The notes: generated by a model not told the origin, from the letters alone. A stretch of DNA of 64,000 bases from a bacterium (GCA_963669175.1 OY769902.1:3040001-3104000); one strand, 5' to 3'. Counted from the first letter of the stretch, positions 1 through 9,450 are shown. Translations and numbers: made by a program.

Positions 1-1
1 T

Positions 2-1027
2 TTCTCGCATCAGGGTCATAACGCTGACTTCACCGAAAGGCATGTAACCGAACATGCGGCGTACGGAAATCTGTGGAAATATCTCGGTCATTTCACGGAC
101 GCGACTGCGACGTCCGAGAATGGGATCCACGTTATGTTTGTTTTCCCAGGTATAGTCAAAGGGCAAATCTGCTTCCCATTGCCACATGGGGAAACGCTGG
201 GCGTAATAAACCTTGAAGCCAAAGGTGTTCTGTTCACGGCGCCAGATATCATACGTGAAGTGGTCCGCCTTGTAACTGTGGCCATAGTTCAAAACGCCAC
301 CGGTATAGGTGTATTCTGTCCTGCGTTCAAGACGGAGCGCTACATTTTTCATGTCGCCAAAGCGCTCTTCGGGCCACTCCAGATCGGGGTTGTCAAACTT
401 CTGTTTCCAGGGAGCTTCCATCTCGCCGTCGAGATAGATCATATAGTCGGCGCCAAGAGGATACCTGACTTCCATGGATAAACGATGGGGCAGTTTCTCA
501 TAGGATGCGTCATCGTAGCTCTTGTCGTTGTACAGCCAGTTATACGCGAAATAGTAAAAACGGACAAACTTGAACAATCCCTTGCGGTACCCGAAAGAGA
601 GGCCAAGCGTCATATCCTCTTTACGATGATACACACCGGTAATCAACCCGATGGTCGGGCCGGAATTGAAACGGTATTCCATGTCCGCGAAGGTGTCAAA
701 CAGGTGATTGGTGAAATCATCGTATCGTTTGAAACGGTAGCGCAGTTTTATCTGAGCGGAAGCGTGGGCGACAATGCGGCCTTCTTCATGGATAAGGAAT
801 TCCCGTGAAGAAATCGACCCCACGGTTGCACGCAACGCGGTAATCTCTTCGTTTCGGAGCCAGTCAGCATTATGAGTGGCCCGGAACAGGTAGGACTTGT
901 ACGCTGAACGGGGAGTTGTATCCCAGATGTCACCCTTCTCGTCTGCCCATTCCTGAAGAGGCGTATCGTCTGCTGCTGATACCAATGGAAAAAGCAGGAG
1001 AATGAAAAGTAAGACCCATCTCTGCAT
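2..1027 (-). CDS. Secreted/outer-membrane hypothetical protein (partial, runs off window start)
   Basis: Not in the ORF track. Manual translation from ATG 1027 gives MQRWVLLFILLLFPLVSAADD (signal peptide), then aromatic-rich, beta-strand-like sequence open to the window edge. Confidence 0.7.
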   Translation of the reverse strand, partial: MQRWVLLFILLLFPLVSAADDTPLQEWADEKGDIWDTTPRSAYKSYLFRATHNADWLRNEEITALRATVGSISSREFLIHEEGRIVAHASAQIKLRYRFKRYDDFTNHLFDTFADMEYRFNSGPTIGLITGVYHRKEDMTLGLSFGYRKGLFKFVRFYYFAYNWLYNDKSYDDASYEKLPHRLSMEVRYPLGADYMIYLDGEMEAPWKQKFDNPDLEWPEERFGDMKNVALRLERRTEYTYTGGVLNYGHSYKADHFTYDIWRREQNTFGFKVYYAQRFPMWQWEADLPFDYTWENKHNVDPILGRRSRVREMTEIFPQISVRRMFGYMPFGEVSVMTLMRE

Positions 1028-1197
1028 CTTGCCTATCCCCTTGCCTGCTTGATGATAGGGAACCAAAACCATGTCTCACGAGTATTCTTGTTGACTACAA
1101 ACGTATCTCCTGAATCGCCTGAGAACAAGAGGGGAGAGGAGTTTTTTCCATTTCGAGAACTTTTGCGATCATTGAGTCAGGGAATTTCGAGAAAAGC

Positions 1198-1227
1198 TTG
1201 ACAAGCCCTGAATCGACCAGCTATTTT
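1198..1227 (+). promoter_or_regulatory. Sigma70-like promoter
   Basis: TTGACA (1198-1203), 18-bp spacer, TATTTT (1222-1227). Confidence 0.4.
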
Positions 1228-1233
1228 GATAGT

Positions 1234-1349
1234 AACGGTCATCATTCCACGGGAGTAGCGAACCAGACGTTGTGCGAGGTGAACAGGTTCATCAAGGGTC
1301 AGCCAAAGAGAATACGGCCTTTGAAAGCTCTCGAGTAAGGGTGACCGTT
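1234..1349 (+). ncRNA. Candidate structured RNA (three-way junction), family unknown
   Basis: Nested helices 1234-1243/1340-1349, 1250-1256/1327-1333, 1260-1264/1286-1290, 1292-1300/1316-1324; G-U pairs favour the + strand; begins just after the predicted promoter. Confidence 0.45.
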
Positions 1350-1409
1350 TGCTATGTCCATTAAAGAATGTTCCCAGGACATGACAACGGTGAACAGGAC
1401 GGATCTTCA

Positions 1410-2381
1410 ATGCGATTAAAAACTTTCACGCAGGTATTGGCAGTGGCGCTGACGTTGAGCCTTTCCGGCCTTCCCGCGTTGGCTGAATTTGATTTTGGCG
1501 CAAAATACGCCGGCGATTTCATGAGCGGGCAATCCAATGCACGCCTGCTTGCCATGGGCGGCGTCGGCGCCGCACTCGCTGATGGTCCTTCCGCTGTGCT
1601 GGGCAATCCGGCGCTGTTGTTTACCGAACGACAGCATACGGTATCGCTGATGCATGCTGACCGGTTCCTCTCCGCTGTCAAAGTCGATCATGCCATCTAT
1701 GTACGTCAGGATGGCGCTGACCGGGCGTACGGTTTCGGATTATTGCGACAGGGGGTAGATGATATTCCCGTTACGCAACTGGTTGATCCGACGCAACCTG
1801 TCGGTAGCGACAATCGTGTGCGTGTGCTGGAACAGACCAGCGCTTCGGAATACGCTTTCCAGTTTGCTTATGGAATGAACCGTTCCTTCGGGAAAATCGG
1901 GGCAACGGCAAAACTCCTGTACAAGCGTCTGTATGAGAATGATGCGTTCGGTCTGGGATTTGATATAGGTTATGCGCGCAACTTCGGAGACCTGACAGTC
2001 GGCGCCCAGGTTCGTGATGTAACCACCTCCATCCTTGCCTGGGATACGGGAAGGCAGGAAGCGATTGTACCAACAGCGCGTATCGGATTGGCATATCATC
2101 TCGAAGTTTCACGTCTGAATGCGGACATTACGCCGGTTGTAGAGGTGCGTATGCGGACAGAATCGCTGGGCGATCCGGATTTCGCTACGTTTCATGCCGG
2201 TTTTGAGTACATGGTTCAAAAAGTTGTAGCTGCACGAATTGGTGTTGATGACAGGCATATGACCTACGGCGCGGGCTTGCATTTCGGTCCGGTGCGTGTG
2301 GATTATGCGTTTGTCGGGCATGAGGATCTGGGCGCGACACACCGTGTCAGCCTCGGGTACGCATGGGGTGTGAAGGAGTAA
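1410..2381 (+). CDS. PorV/PorQ (UPF0164)-family outer-membrane beta-barrel protein
   Basis: Signal peptide, ARLLAMGG...GNPALL motif, C-terminal DLGATHRVSLGY. Confidence 0.8.
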   Translation: MRLKTFTQVLAVALTLSLSGLPALAEFDFGAKYAGDFMSGQSNARLLAMGGVGAALADGPSAVLGNPALLFTERQHTVSLMHADRFLSAVKVDHAIYVRQDGADRAYGFGLLRQGVDDIPVTQLVDPTQPVGSDNRVRVLEQTSASEYAFQFAYGMNRSFGKIGATAKLLYKRLYENDAFGLGFDIGYARNFGDLTVGAQVRDVTTSILAWDTGRQEAIVPTARIGLAYHLEVSRLNADITPVVEVRMRTESLGDPDFATFHAGFEYMVQKVVAARIGVDDRHMTYGAGLHFGPVRVDYAFVGHEDLGATHRVSLGYAWGVKE

Positions 2382-2385
2382 CAAG

Positions 2386-3105
2386 ATGAACAAGAACCAG
2401 TCCTTTTTATTCTTCTTCCTGGTTCTATTGCTGGTAACTCTCCTGTTGATGACAGTTACTGGACCGAAGCACTGGGCAGACATGAACGGTAGCCAGGCGA
2501 AAGCCGGTATTGCTCACAAGAGTAATCATCATAACGGCCTCGCTCCGATCATGTTCCCGGAAATCCTGGTAAAACACGCTCACCGTTATCCCGGTATGGA
2601 AGCTTCTGATGTATATAAGCTGATCTACCAGGGAACCATGGGACCGGGGCATTTTAATGCCAGCAGCGACGTCTACCTGTCTTTTCTAAGGAAGGAAGTG
2701 GAGCGTTTGCGCGAGGAACCGGCCTGGGAAGGGGATACAATCCTGGTTGAATCCATCGGAGATCGTTTTGTCAGAATCCATCTACGTCCGTACCTGGAAC
2801 AGGGAGGTACGCTCGAAGCGCTTACGGAAGCCTATGAACGATCATTGCAGGTTCCCGCTGATACCGGGCTGTTTTTCCGCCGAATGAGCCGTCTGACTCA
2901 TACGGAAGGCATTATGGATACAGTCCTGCCTTCGATAGATGACCTGGCCGTTTTCATGGAACAAGTCAGTGACGGATACAACCCGCCGCCAGTACACCAC
3001 AGTGACATATTCAAGGCAAATTACCATCCGCACTACCGTGTTCTTTCTTCTTCCGAAGCTGAACATCTTTTGTCCCTGCTAAAGGATATTAAGGACAAAC
3101 AATAA
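2386..3105 (+). CDS. Conserved hypothetical protein with N-terminal membrane anchor
   Basis: Hydrophobic N-terminus; motifs YPGMEASDVYKLIYQGTMGPGH and HHSDIFKANYHPHYRV; 4 nt after the upstream stop. Confidence 0.7.
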   Translation: MNKNQSFLFFFLVLLLVTLLLMTVTGPKHWADMNGSQAKAGIAHKSNHHNGLAPIMFPEILVKHAHRYPGMEASDVYKLIYQGTMGPGHFNASSDVYLSFLRKEVERLREEPAWEGDTILVESIGDRFVRIHLRPYLEQGGTLEALTEAYERSLQVPADTGLFFRRMSRLTHTEGIMDTVLPSIDDLAVFMEQVSDGYNPPPVHHSDIFKANYHPHYRVLSSSEAEHLLSLLKDIKDKQ

Positions 3106-3259
3106 CCTTCTCTTTCGTTGAACCAACCGGTTGCACCTCATTGCATGTGTTGATCAGGAAACAAATGCCTTTTCGACGCATACAACAGGTAATGCAGTTT
3201 TACAAACTAATCGTTATACAGTAATCCAACGAACGATTTATTGGACATTTGGAAAAAGG

Positions 3260-3350
3260 GATGTGGAAAAAGGGGACTGCCTCCTTTCCCCGGGATAAAG
3301 CTGTCCCACTGTGAGCATGGTCGGGAAAGGTGGCTGTACCCTTTTCCCGG
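3260..3350. repeat. REP-like dispersed repeat (AAAAGGGGACTG...GCTGTACCCTTTT family)
   Basis: Both ends near-identical to 62944-63034. Confidence 0.75.
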
Positions 3351-3493
3351 CAATCTTTTAACCTAATATATTAGAGAACAGCAATAGTGCATACCATGTG
3401 ATATTCTGGCATTCCGGCAGCTTTTCCGTTACTTTACAAGTGGGCGATCCATCTTCATTGCCCCACATGGGCCATACAGAGAGGTGAAAAGGG

Positions 3494-3823
3494 ATGATTG
3501 GGAACATTTTCCTGATTCTCTTCGCCATTTTGCTGATCATGAAAGGCCGCTTGCCATATGGGTGGTGGTCCGATACCCAATGGTTCATCGTTCATCCGGT
3601 GTGGGCCAGGATAGCCGGTGTGCTGTGGATCATCGGTGTCGTGTTTGATATGGTAAACCTTGGTGCAATCATTCATCTTCCCGCTATTATTTTCTGGAGC
3701 GGCGTGATCAGCGTGGCAATTGGAGTTGTCGCCGAGCTGTTCCGTCTTGGGGCAAGATCCAATGATCCGAATGTCGCCCAGCAGATCATCGACGATTATC
3801 GAAAGGAAAAGGATGGGAACTGA
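3494..3823 (+). CDS. Small membrane hypothetical protein
   Basis: 109 aa, about 3 hydrophobic segments, GAGGTG RBS. Confidence 0.65.
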   Translation: MIGNIFLILFAILLIMKGRLPYGWWSDTQWFIVHPVWARIAGVLWIIGVVFDMVNLGAIIHLPAIIFWSGVISVAIGVVAELFRLGARSNDPNVAQQIIDDYRKEKDGN

Positions 3824-4223
3824 TGCGCCTGATTTGAGTAATCTGGGAGCGTTTGCAGGATTCGAAGGCTGGTGGCCGTTCCTGATAGGAGGAGTGGCCG
3901 TTTTCGTCGGGATTGGCATGTTTCTCTCCTATGATATCTGGGTAATCCACCTGATCCGCAAGAATTTCCCCGTTGAAAAGCTGAATTTTCGCTGGATCGG
4001 TCCGGCGTTGGGGGCATTGGTTGCTATATTGGTTCTACGAGGTATCTTCATTGTCCTCGACATTCTCTTGGCTGTTGTTCTCCTGTATACGATATATCGC
4101 CTGATTCCTAACACATTGTGGAAAGGCTTTTTCCGTTCTGACAAGGATGGGGAGGAGCTGCTGGATGACATTCGCAAAAAGGCGCAAAAGAGGCAGGAAA
4201 TGGAAGGCTTGCGCAAGAAATAG
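3813..4223 (+). CDS. Small membrane hypothetical protein
   Basis: ATG 3813 overlaps the previous ORF; 2-3 TM segments and a charged C-terminus. Confidence 0.65.
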   Translation: MGTDAPDLSNLGAFAGFEGWWPFLIGGVAVFVGIGMFLSYDIWVIHLIRKNFPVEKLNFRWIGPALGALVAILVLRGIFIVLDILLAVVLLYTIYRLIPNTLWKGFFRSDKDGEELLDDIRKKAQKRQEMEGLRKK

Positions 4224-4237
4224 GGGAGAAGAAGTAC

Positions 4238-4378
4238 ATGTATTGCCGGAAATGCCACATCAAAATGAAAGAGGAGAAACGGGTATTCCATAAGCGCAGG
4301 AAGTGGATCTGCCCGCTTTGTGGCGCGGTTCGGATGCAGGTTCCTGTGCCGAAGAAGAAGTTTCCCGGAAAAAGCTGA
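4238..4378 (+). CDS. 46-aa basic Zn-ribbon microprotein (CxxC...CxxC)
   Basis: MYCRKCHIKMKEEKRVFHKRRKWICPLCGAVRMQVPVPKKKFPGKS*; GGGGAG RBS; fills the gap between co-oriented genes; below the ORF-track cutoff. Confidence 0.65.
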   Translation: MYCRKCHIKMKEEKRVFHKRRKWICPLCGAVRMQVPVPKKKFPGKS

Positions 4379-4396
4379 AAGCACGGGGGAGAAAAC

Positions 4397-4702
4397 ATGC
4401 ATCCGCTGGTGAACGGTATTCTTCTGATTGCAGTTGGCATTTTTATCATCACCTTTTATGGCCTTCCGGTCGGACGTTACCTCATGTGGACCTTTGTTGA
4501 AGTGCCAGCCATTTTCGCCTATATCGGTGGCGGAATACTGATCGTTGTGGGAATCCTGGGAATAGCCGGGGTTACTTTCAAATCGACGGTTATGGGGCGC
4601 GTCATTGTCATTGGCTGGATTGTTTTCATGGGGATCGGTGTTCTCGTTCAACACCTGATGCCAGCCTTGAAAAGGAAATCCGATTATCGCCAGGAAGATT
4701 GA
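4397..4702 (+). CDS. Small membrane hypothetical protein
   Basis: 101 aa, about 3 TM segments, GGGGGAG RBS. Confidence 0.65.
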   Translation: MHPLVNGILLIAVGIFIITFYGLPVGRYLMWTFVEVPAIFAYIGGGILIVVGILGIAGVTFKSTVMGRVIVIGWIVFMGIGVLVQHLMPALKRKSDYRQED

Positions 4703-4757
4703 CTTTCGAATTAGTAGGAATAGTCAACTCATCTGGCATTTCTATTCATAAGTAAAA

Positions 4758-4791
4758 TCCGGGCAGCAGAATCGAAGTCCACTGCCCGGAT
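4758..4791. terminator. Hairpin between convergent genes
   Basis: ATCCGGGCAG...CTGCCCGGAT stem. Confidence 0.45.
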
Positions 4792-4836
4792 AGCTGGAAT
4801 GTTTTCACGGTTTTATCAAAAATAGTTTTGTTAAGT

Positions 4837-4874
4837 ATCCTGTCTAATCCTTATCATCCTTTGCATCCTGTAAA
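4837..4874 (-). repeat. Solo AGGAT x4 arm
   Basis: Reverse complement TTTACAGGAT GCAAAGGAT GATAAGGAT TAGACAGGAT, 10 nt after the fabL-like stop. Confidence 0.65.
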
Positions 4875-4884
4875 TTCAACCACA

Positions 4885-5637
4885 TCAAGCAACAATCGAG
4901 TACCCGCCATCCACGACGATTGTCTGCCCGACAATCATTTTCGCCTGTTCACTGACCATGAGTTGAACCACATCAGCCACATCATCCGGCGTAACCAGGC
5001 GACCGGCCGGAGTTTTCTCCATGCTGTTCTGCAGGATCGAGTCACGGTTCGGGAAATACTTTAATGCATCGGTATCCACAACACCCGCGGAAATGATGTT
5101 GACATTCACATTTTTGGGCGCAAGTTCAATCGCCAGGTGTCGCACCAGTGATTCAAGGGCTGCTTTCGACGCGCCCACAGCCGCATAATTCGGAATTGCA
5201 CGAACGGAGCCCAATGATGAGATCGCCAGCACATGCCCGCTGTCCTTCATCATGGGGATCGCGTGCTGAACCAGGTGCAGCAGGGTTGCCGCATTGATGT
5301 CCATGGTCCAGTCCCAGTGCTTGCGAGTCAGTTCCAGAGCCGGTTTCAGTACACCAGACGCCGCATTGGAAACGAGAACATCCAGACGTCCGAAATCCTG
5401 CTCGAGCTGTTCGAACATGCCATGCAACTGGGATTCATCGGCTACATTGGCACGGTACATCGTACCCTTCACGCCGTATGCCTCGATCTCTTCCACCGTC
5501 TGGCGGGCTGCTTTACGATTGCGCCAGAAATTGATCCCTACGTTGTAACCCTGGCTTGCCAGACGCAACGCAATGGCTTTTCCGATTCCACGCGATCCAC
5601 CGGTAATCAGGGCTGCTTTTCTTGTATCTGAACTCAT
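4885..5637 (-). CDS. fabL: SDR, enoyl-ACP reductase FabL-like
   Basis: TGGSRGIG, NAASG, YAAVGASK (Yx6K) motifs typical of FabL. Confidence 0.75.
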   Translation of the reverse strand: MSSDTRKAALITGGSRGIGKAIALRLASQGYNVGINFWRNRKAARQTVEEIEAYGVKGTMYRANVADESQLHGMFEQLEQDFGRLDVLVSNAASGVLKPALELTRKHWDWTMDINAATLLHLVQHAIPMMKDSGHVLAISSLGSVRAIPNYAAVGASKAALESLVRHLAIELAPKNVNVNIISAGVVDTDALKYFPNRDSILQNSMEKTPAGRLVTPDDVADVVQLMVSEQAKMIVGQTIVVDGGYSIVA

Positions 5638-5936
5638 CTATCTATCCTCCAAAATCGAAAGTTTACTTGTGTTGTCGCGGGGAAGTTAGAGCATCCTTAC
5701 AGTATGTGCAAGCATGGAAATAAGCTGTCTCCCGACTTCGAGGGGCAGATTTTTCGTAAATCCTGCTAATGGGCTAATAAAACTGGACTTATTGCGATTC
5801 TTGTGAAACTCATAGCATAAAGAATTGTCTCTCCAAAAGTTAGAAAATGAAAATTAGGGCTACCAAACTTGTTTGGAATTCATCTAATTTTATACACGAA
5901 ACACAATCGTTCAACATACAACAAAAGGGGTAACCC

Positions 5937-6380
5937 ATGTTTATACAGGATGTGTTGAAAGCCAAGGGCGGTGAGGTTGTTGAGATCAGCTCCGGCGGGA
6001 ATGTGGTTGACGCTGTACGTTTGATGGTTGCGAAGAAGGTCGGCGCGGTGCTGGTGGTTGACATTGACCGGAACCCGCTCGGGATTTTTACGGAACGTGA
6101 TAACCTGCGCATTACTGCTGCGGAGAATGTTGATCCTGGCGCTGCGGTGGTTGATGATTACATGTCACGTGATCTTGTTGTCGGTCTGCCAGCCGATAAG
6201 GTGGAAGAGGCGATGGCGGTGATGACGGATCAGCGAGTGCGTCACCTTCCGATCCTGGAAGAAGGGAAGCTCATTGGCCTTGTTTCCATCGGGGATCTGG
6301 TGAAGGCTACCTCTGAGAAATACAGGACGGAGGCGCGTTACCTGCATCAGTACATCACGGATACACCGTACGCTCAATAG
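5937..6380 (+). CDS. CBS-pair domain protein
   Basis: GIFTERD and RHLPI...GLVSIGDLVK motifs. Confidence 0.9.
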   Translation: MFIQDVLKAKGGEVVEISSGGNVVDAVRLMVAKKVGAVLVVDIDRNPLGIFTERDNLRITAAENVDPGAAVVDDYMSRDLVVGLPADKVEEAMAVMTDQRVRHLPILEEGKLIGLVSIGDLVKATSEKYRTEARYLHQYITDTPYAQ

Positions 6381-6438
6381 CAAATAGAAAACGCGGGCAG
6401 ATTTCATGTCCGCGTTGTGATTTCCAAGTCAATTGTGA

Positions 6439-6681
6439 TCACAGTTTGTTGTGAGAACCATCGCAGAACGGTTTATTTTTCGTGTGCTTGCACATGCAAA
6501 GCCATACTTCCTTTTCTTCCGTGATTTCGAATTTCTCCGGGGCGAATCCACCCTCAACCTTGTTATGGGTTCCGTCGCAGAAAGGCTGGTTGCTGGAATG
6601 TCCACAGGAACACCAGTAGTAGGTTCCGGGCTTCAGCGTCATGTTTTTCGGTTTGTTTTCGGCAATCTTCGGTTCGGCCAT
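6439..6681 (-). CDS. CDGSH iron-sulfur domain protein (two motifs)
   Basis: WCSCGHSSNQPFCDGTH and LCMCKHTKNKPFCDGSH. Confidence 0.92.
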   Translation of the reverse strand: MAEPKIAENKPKNMTLKPGTYYWCSCGHSSNQPFCDGTHNKVEGGFAPEKFEITEEKEVWLCMCKHTKNKPFCDGSHNKL

Positions 6682-6794
6682 CGCTGGATTCTCCTGTTAT
6701 GATCGAAAGCTTGTTCCATGAAGTATAGTAAATTCACGTGTCGAGCTGGGATAACTGAGTATTAAGAAGTGTTTCGAGGGGAGGCAGGGGCGAG

Positions 6795-7454
6795 CTACTT
6801 TTCCCCGAGCTGCTTCAGTCTGAAGGAAACGCGGTGGATCGCACAGCGTCCGTGTTTCCGAATTGCTTCAACATGCAATCTTGTTCCATACCCCTTGTGC
6901 TGTGCGAATCCGTATTCCGGGTATTTCTTATCCATTTCGACCATGATTCTGTCACGATAAACCTTGGCGAGGATAGAGGCCGCGCCAATGGAGAAACTTC
7001 TGCCGTCACCTTTTATCAGGTTCACCTGATGCCCAACCGCCAGCGGTGGAATACGACCATCAACAAACACGCCTGGGTTATCGACTTTCAGCTTTTCCGC
7101 GACTTCTTTTACCGCTTGGGCCATCGCTTCACGCGTTGCCATCAGGATATTGATTTCATCAATCCGCTTCGGGCTGGATTCAACGATGGACCAGGCAAGC
7201 GCTTTTTCGCAGATAACCGGGAAGAGTTCTTCACGCCTTTTTGCGGTCAGTTGTTTGGAATCGCCGATACCTTCGATGATAACATCAGGGGAAAACGCCG
7301 CTGCCGCCGTCACAACCGGTCCGGCAAGGGGACCGCGTCCGGCTTCATCCACGCCGATAACAGTCCATCCCTCACGTATCCAGCCCACCTCAGGACCGAA
7401 AAGGCCGCCGGGCACCAGAGCAGATTCATCATGTATCTCGAAAAAATCGGGCAT
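6795..7454 (-). CDS. rnhB: Ribonuclease HII
   Basis: GVDEAGRGPLAGPV, DSKQL, KGD, AASILAKV, HKGYGT. Confidence 0.95.
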   Translation of the reverse strand: MPDFFEIHDESALVPGGLFGPEVGWIREGWTVIGVDEAGRGPLAGPVVTAAAAFSPDVIIEGIGDSKQLTAKRREELFPVICEKALAWSIVESSPKRIDEINILMATREAMAQAVKEVAEKLKVDNPGVFVDGRIPPLAVGHQVNLIKGDGRSFSIGAASILAKVYRDRIMVEMDKKYPEYGFAQHKGYGTRLHVEAIRKHGRCAIHRVSFRLKQLGEK

Positions 7455-7668
7455 TCCGCATCTCCGTTGAAGCGAGAAAAGTAAGCGGATAAATCGGTAA
7501 TTTCCACCGTACAGGAGGATACAGCGATAATTCATCATTGCGTTTTATCACTTTCCTTTGTACCTATTAACGCTACTGGTATTACGATTGAGATGGAGAA
7601 CGTCTTGCTGAGAATGAAACTGTTCAGTATTGCGGAAGTGTAACAGTCCGAAAACAGGAGAGAGTGAT

Positions 7669-8514
7669 ATGCGTGATACACGTGATCCGGGAATTCAAAG
7701 CGTTGCACGTTTTGTAGCCGACAAGATTCAGCTTGAGCCTGAAATTGCCCTGGTTCTTGGGAGCGGTTTGGGGTCTTTCGCCGAAGATGTGGAAGACAAG
7801 GTTGTCCTGCCCACAAACGAGATCGAAGGGTATCCGGTCAGCACGGTTGAAGGTCATGCCGGAAAGATTGTTGCGGGAAAGGTGGACGGTATAAAAGTCC
7901 TGGTGTTCCAGGGACGTGTCCACTATTACGAAGGTTACCCGATGGCGCAGGTGGTTTTTCCGGTACGTCTTGCGGCTACTTTGGGTGTGAAAGCCCTGAT
8001 TGTCACCAACGCTTCCGGTGGGCTGGGCGACGATTTTCAGCCTGGCGACCTGATGCTGATTACGGACCATATCAACCTGATGGGCACGAATCCGCTCATC
8101 GGTCAAACCTGGGGCTTCGACCGTTTCCCGGACATGAGCCGGGCTTATCATCCGGAACTGCGTGCTGCCATCGAGCAGGCTGCATTAGCGCAGAAAATTG
8201 TCCTGAAACATGGTATCCTGGGCGGTTGGTCCGGGCCGACCTATGAGACAGTTGCTGAAGTTCGTATGCTGAAGCAGTTGGGTGTTTCAGCAGCATGTAT
8301 GTCAACCATTCCCGAGGTCATTACCGCAGCACGTTTGAAACTGCCGGCTTGTGGCGTGTCCTGCATTACCAACCTCGCATCGGGATTGTCGGATAAGCCG
8401 TTGGCCCATGAAGAAGTAACAGAGGTTGCCGCGCTGGTAGAGGGGAAATTCCACTCGCTGATCCGTGCAGCGGTACCCGAAGTGGCGAATGCAGCAGCGA
8501 AAATTGTGCTATAG
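7669..8514 (+). CDS. punA: Purine-nucleoside phosphorylase (trimeric PunA/XapA type)
   Basis: LGSGLG, QGRVHYYEG, TNASGG, GPTYET, MSTIPE. Confidence 0.9.
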   Translation: MRDTRDPGIQSVARFVADKIQLEPEIALVLGSGLGSFAEDVEDKVVLPTNEIEGYPVSTVEGHAGKIVAGKVDGIKVLVFQGRVHYYEGYPMAQVVFPVRLAATLGVKALIVTNASGGLGDDFQPGDLMLITDHINLMGTNPLIGQTWGFDRFPDMSRAYHPELRAAIEQAALAQKIVLKHGILGGWSGPTYETVAEVRMLKQLGVSAACMSTIPEVITAARLKLPACGVSCITNLASGLSDKPLAHEEVTEVAALVEGKFHSLIRAAVPEVANAAAKIVL

Positions 8515-8540
8515 AGAACGCTGATTTACCTGCACTGAGG

Positions 8541-9428
8541 ATGCAAACGATGAAGCTGAAGTCACGGTTGACCTTCCTGGTGGTGATCATCATGCTGGCT
8601 CTTGCCATGAACGGGTGCAGCATGCAGAAACTGGTCGTCCGTTCTACCGGGGGAATTCTGGACGGCGCTTTTGAGGCGCTGATGATGGAAGGCGATCTGC
8701 CCCTGGCGCAGACAGCGATCGAATCCGACCTGAAACTGCTTGAAGGCTTGCTTCAGGCTGATCCTGAGAACAAAAAACTTCTCCTGTTGGCGGCGCAGGG
8801 ATTCACCAGCTATGCCCTGGGATTTGTAGAGGACCAGGACACTGTGCGGGCGACTGCGCTTTATCTGCGCGCCAGTGATTATGCAAACCGATGGGTGGAA
8901 TTGACAACAGGAATAGATCTGCTGGCGATTCAATCCATGGACGAGTTCGAGGCTACTGCGAAAGACTTGCCTGACAAGGCCGTCCCCGGTGTTTTCTGGC
9001 TGGCGAATTCCTGGGGCTCGGCGATCATGCTCAACATTGACGATGTGAGTCTTGTCGCCGACCTGCCCAATGTTGAGAAGTTGATGGCTTATGTGCTGGA
9101 TCGTGACGAAGCGTTTTATTTCGCCGGAGCACACCTGTTTTATTGCGGTTATTATGGGGCGCTACCCAGGATGTTCGGTGGCGACCTGGGAAAGGCCAAG
9201 GCGCATATTGATCGTCAACGCGAGCTGACCGGTGATGGCTTCCTGCTGGCCGATCTGTTTGAGGTTAAGTTTGTTGCGTTGAAACAGTTTGATGAAGAGC
9301 GTGCCCGTGAATTGCTGACGAGGATTTGTGAGTACGATGTAAATCAACAACCTGCTATCCGTTTGATGAATCGAGTCGCGCAGGAAAAGGCCAGATGGTT
9401 GGAAGAAAATCTGGATTTGTTTCTGTAG
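8541..9428 (+). CDS. TRAP/TPAT TatT-family TPR lipoprotein
   Basis: Lipobox-like MNGC; KLLEGLLQADPEN, GFTSYALGFV, PRMFGGD resemble TatT. Confidence 0.8.
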   Translation: MQTMKLKSRLTFLVVIIMLALAMNGCSMQKLVVRSTGGILDGAFEALMMEGDLPLAQTAIESDLKLLEGLLQADPENKKLLLLAAQGFTSYALGFVEDQDTVRATALYLRASDYANRWVELTTGIDLLAIQSMDEFEATAKDLPDKAVPGVFWLANSWGSAIMLNIDDVSLVADLPNVEKLMAYVLDRDEAFYFAGAHLFYCGYYGALPRMFGGDLGKAKAHIDRQRELTGDGFLLADLFEVKFVALKQFDEERARELLTRICEYDVNQQPAIRLMNRVAQEKARWLEENLDLFL

Positions 9429-9450
9429 GGATTTACAGCAGATGAACAAT

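Noticed and set aside
134-808. + strand ORFs 134-481 and 485-808
   Set aside because: They are antisense to the long signal-peptide ORF at 2-1027 on the minus strand.
1250-1333. yybP-ykoY riboswitch, glmS or hammerhead ribozyme, SRP RNA
   Set aside because: Only fragments match (GGGAGTAGC, AGCG..CGAGG, GAAA). Required cores such as CUGANGA, GACGAGG and the SRP domain IV loop are absent, and the gene context does not fit.
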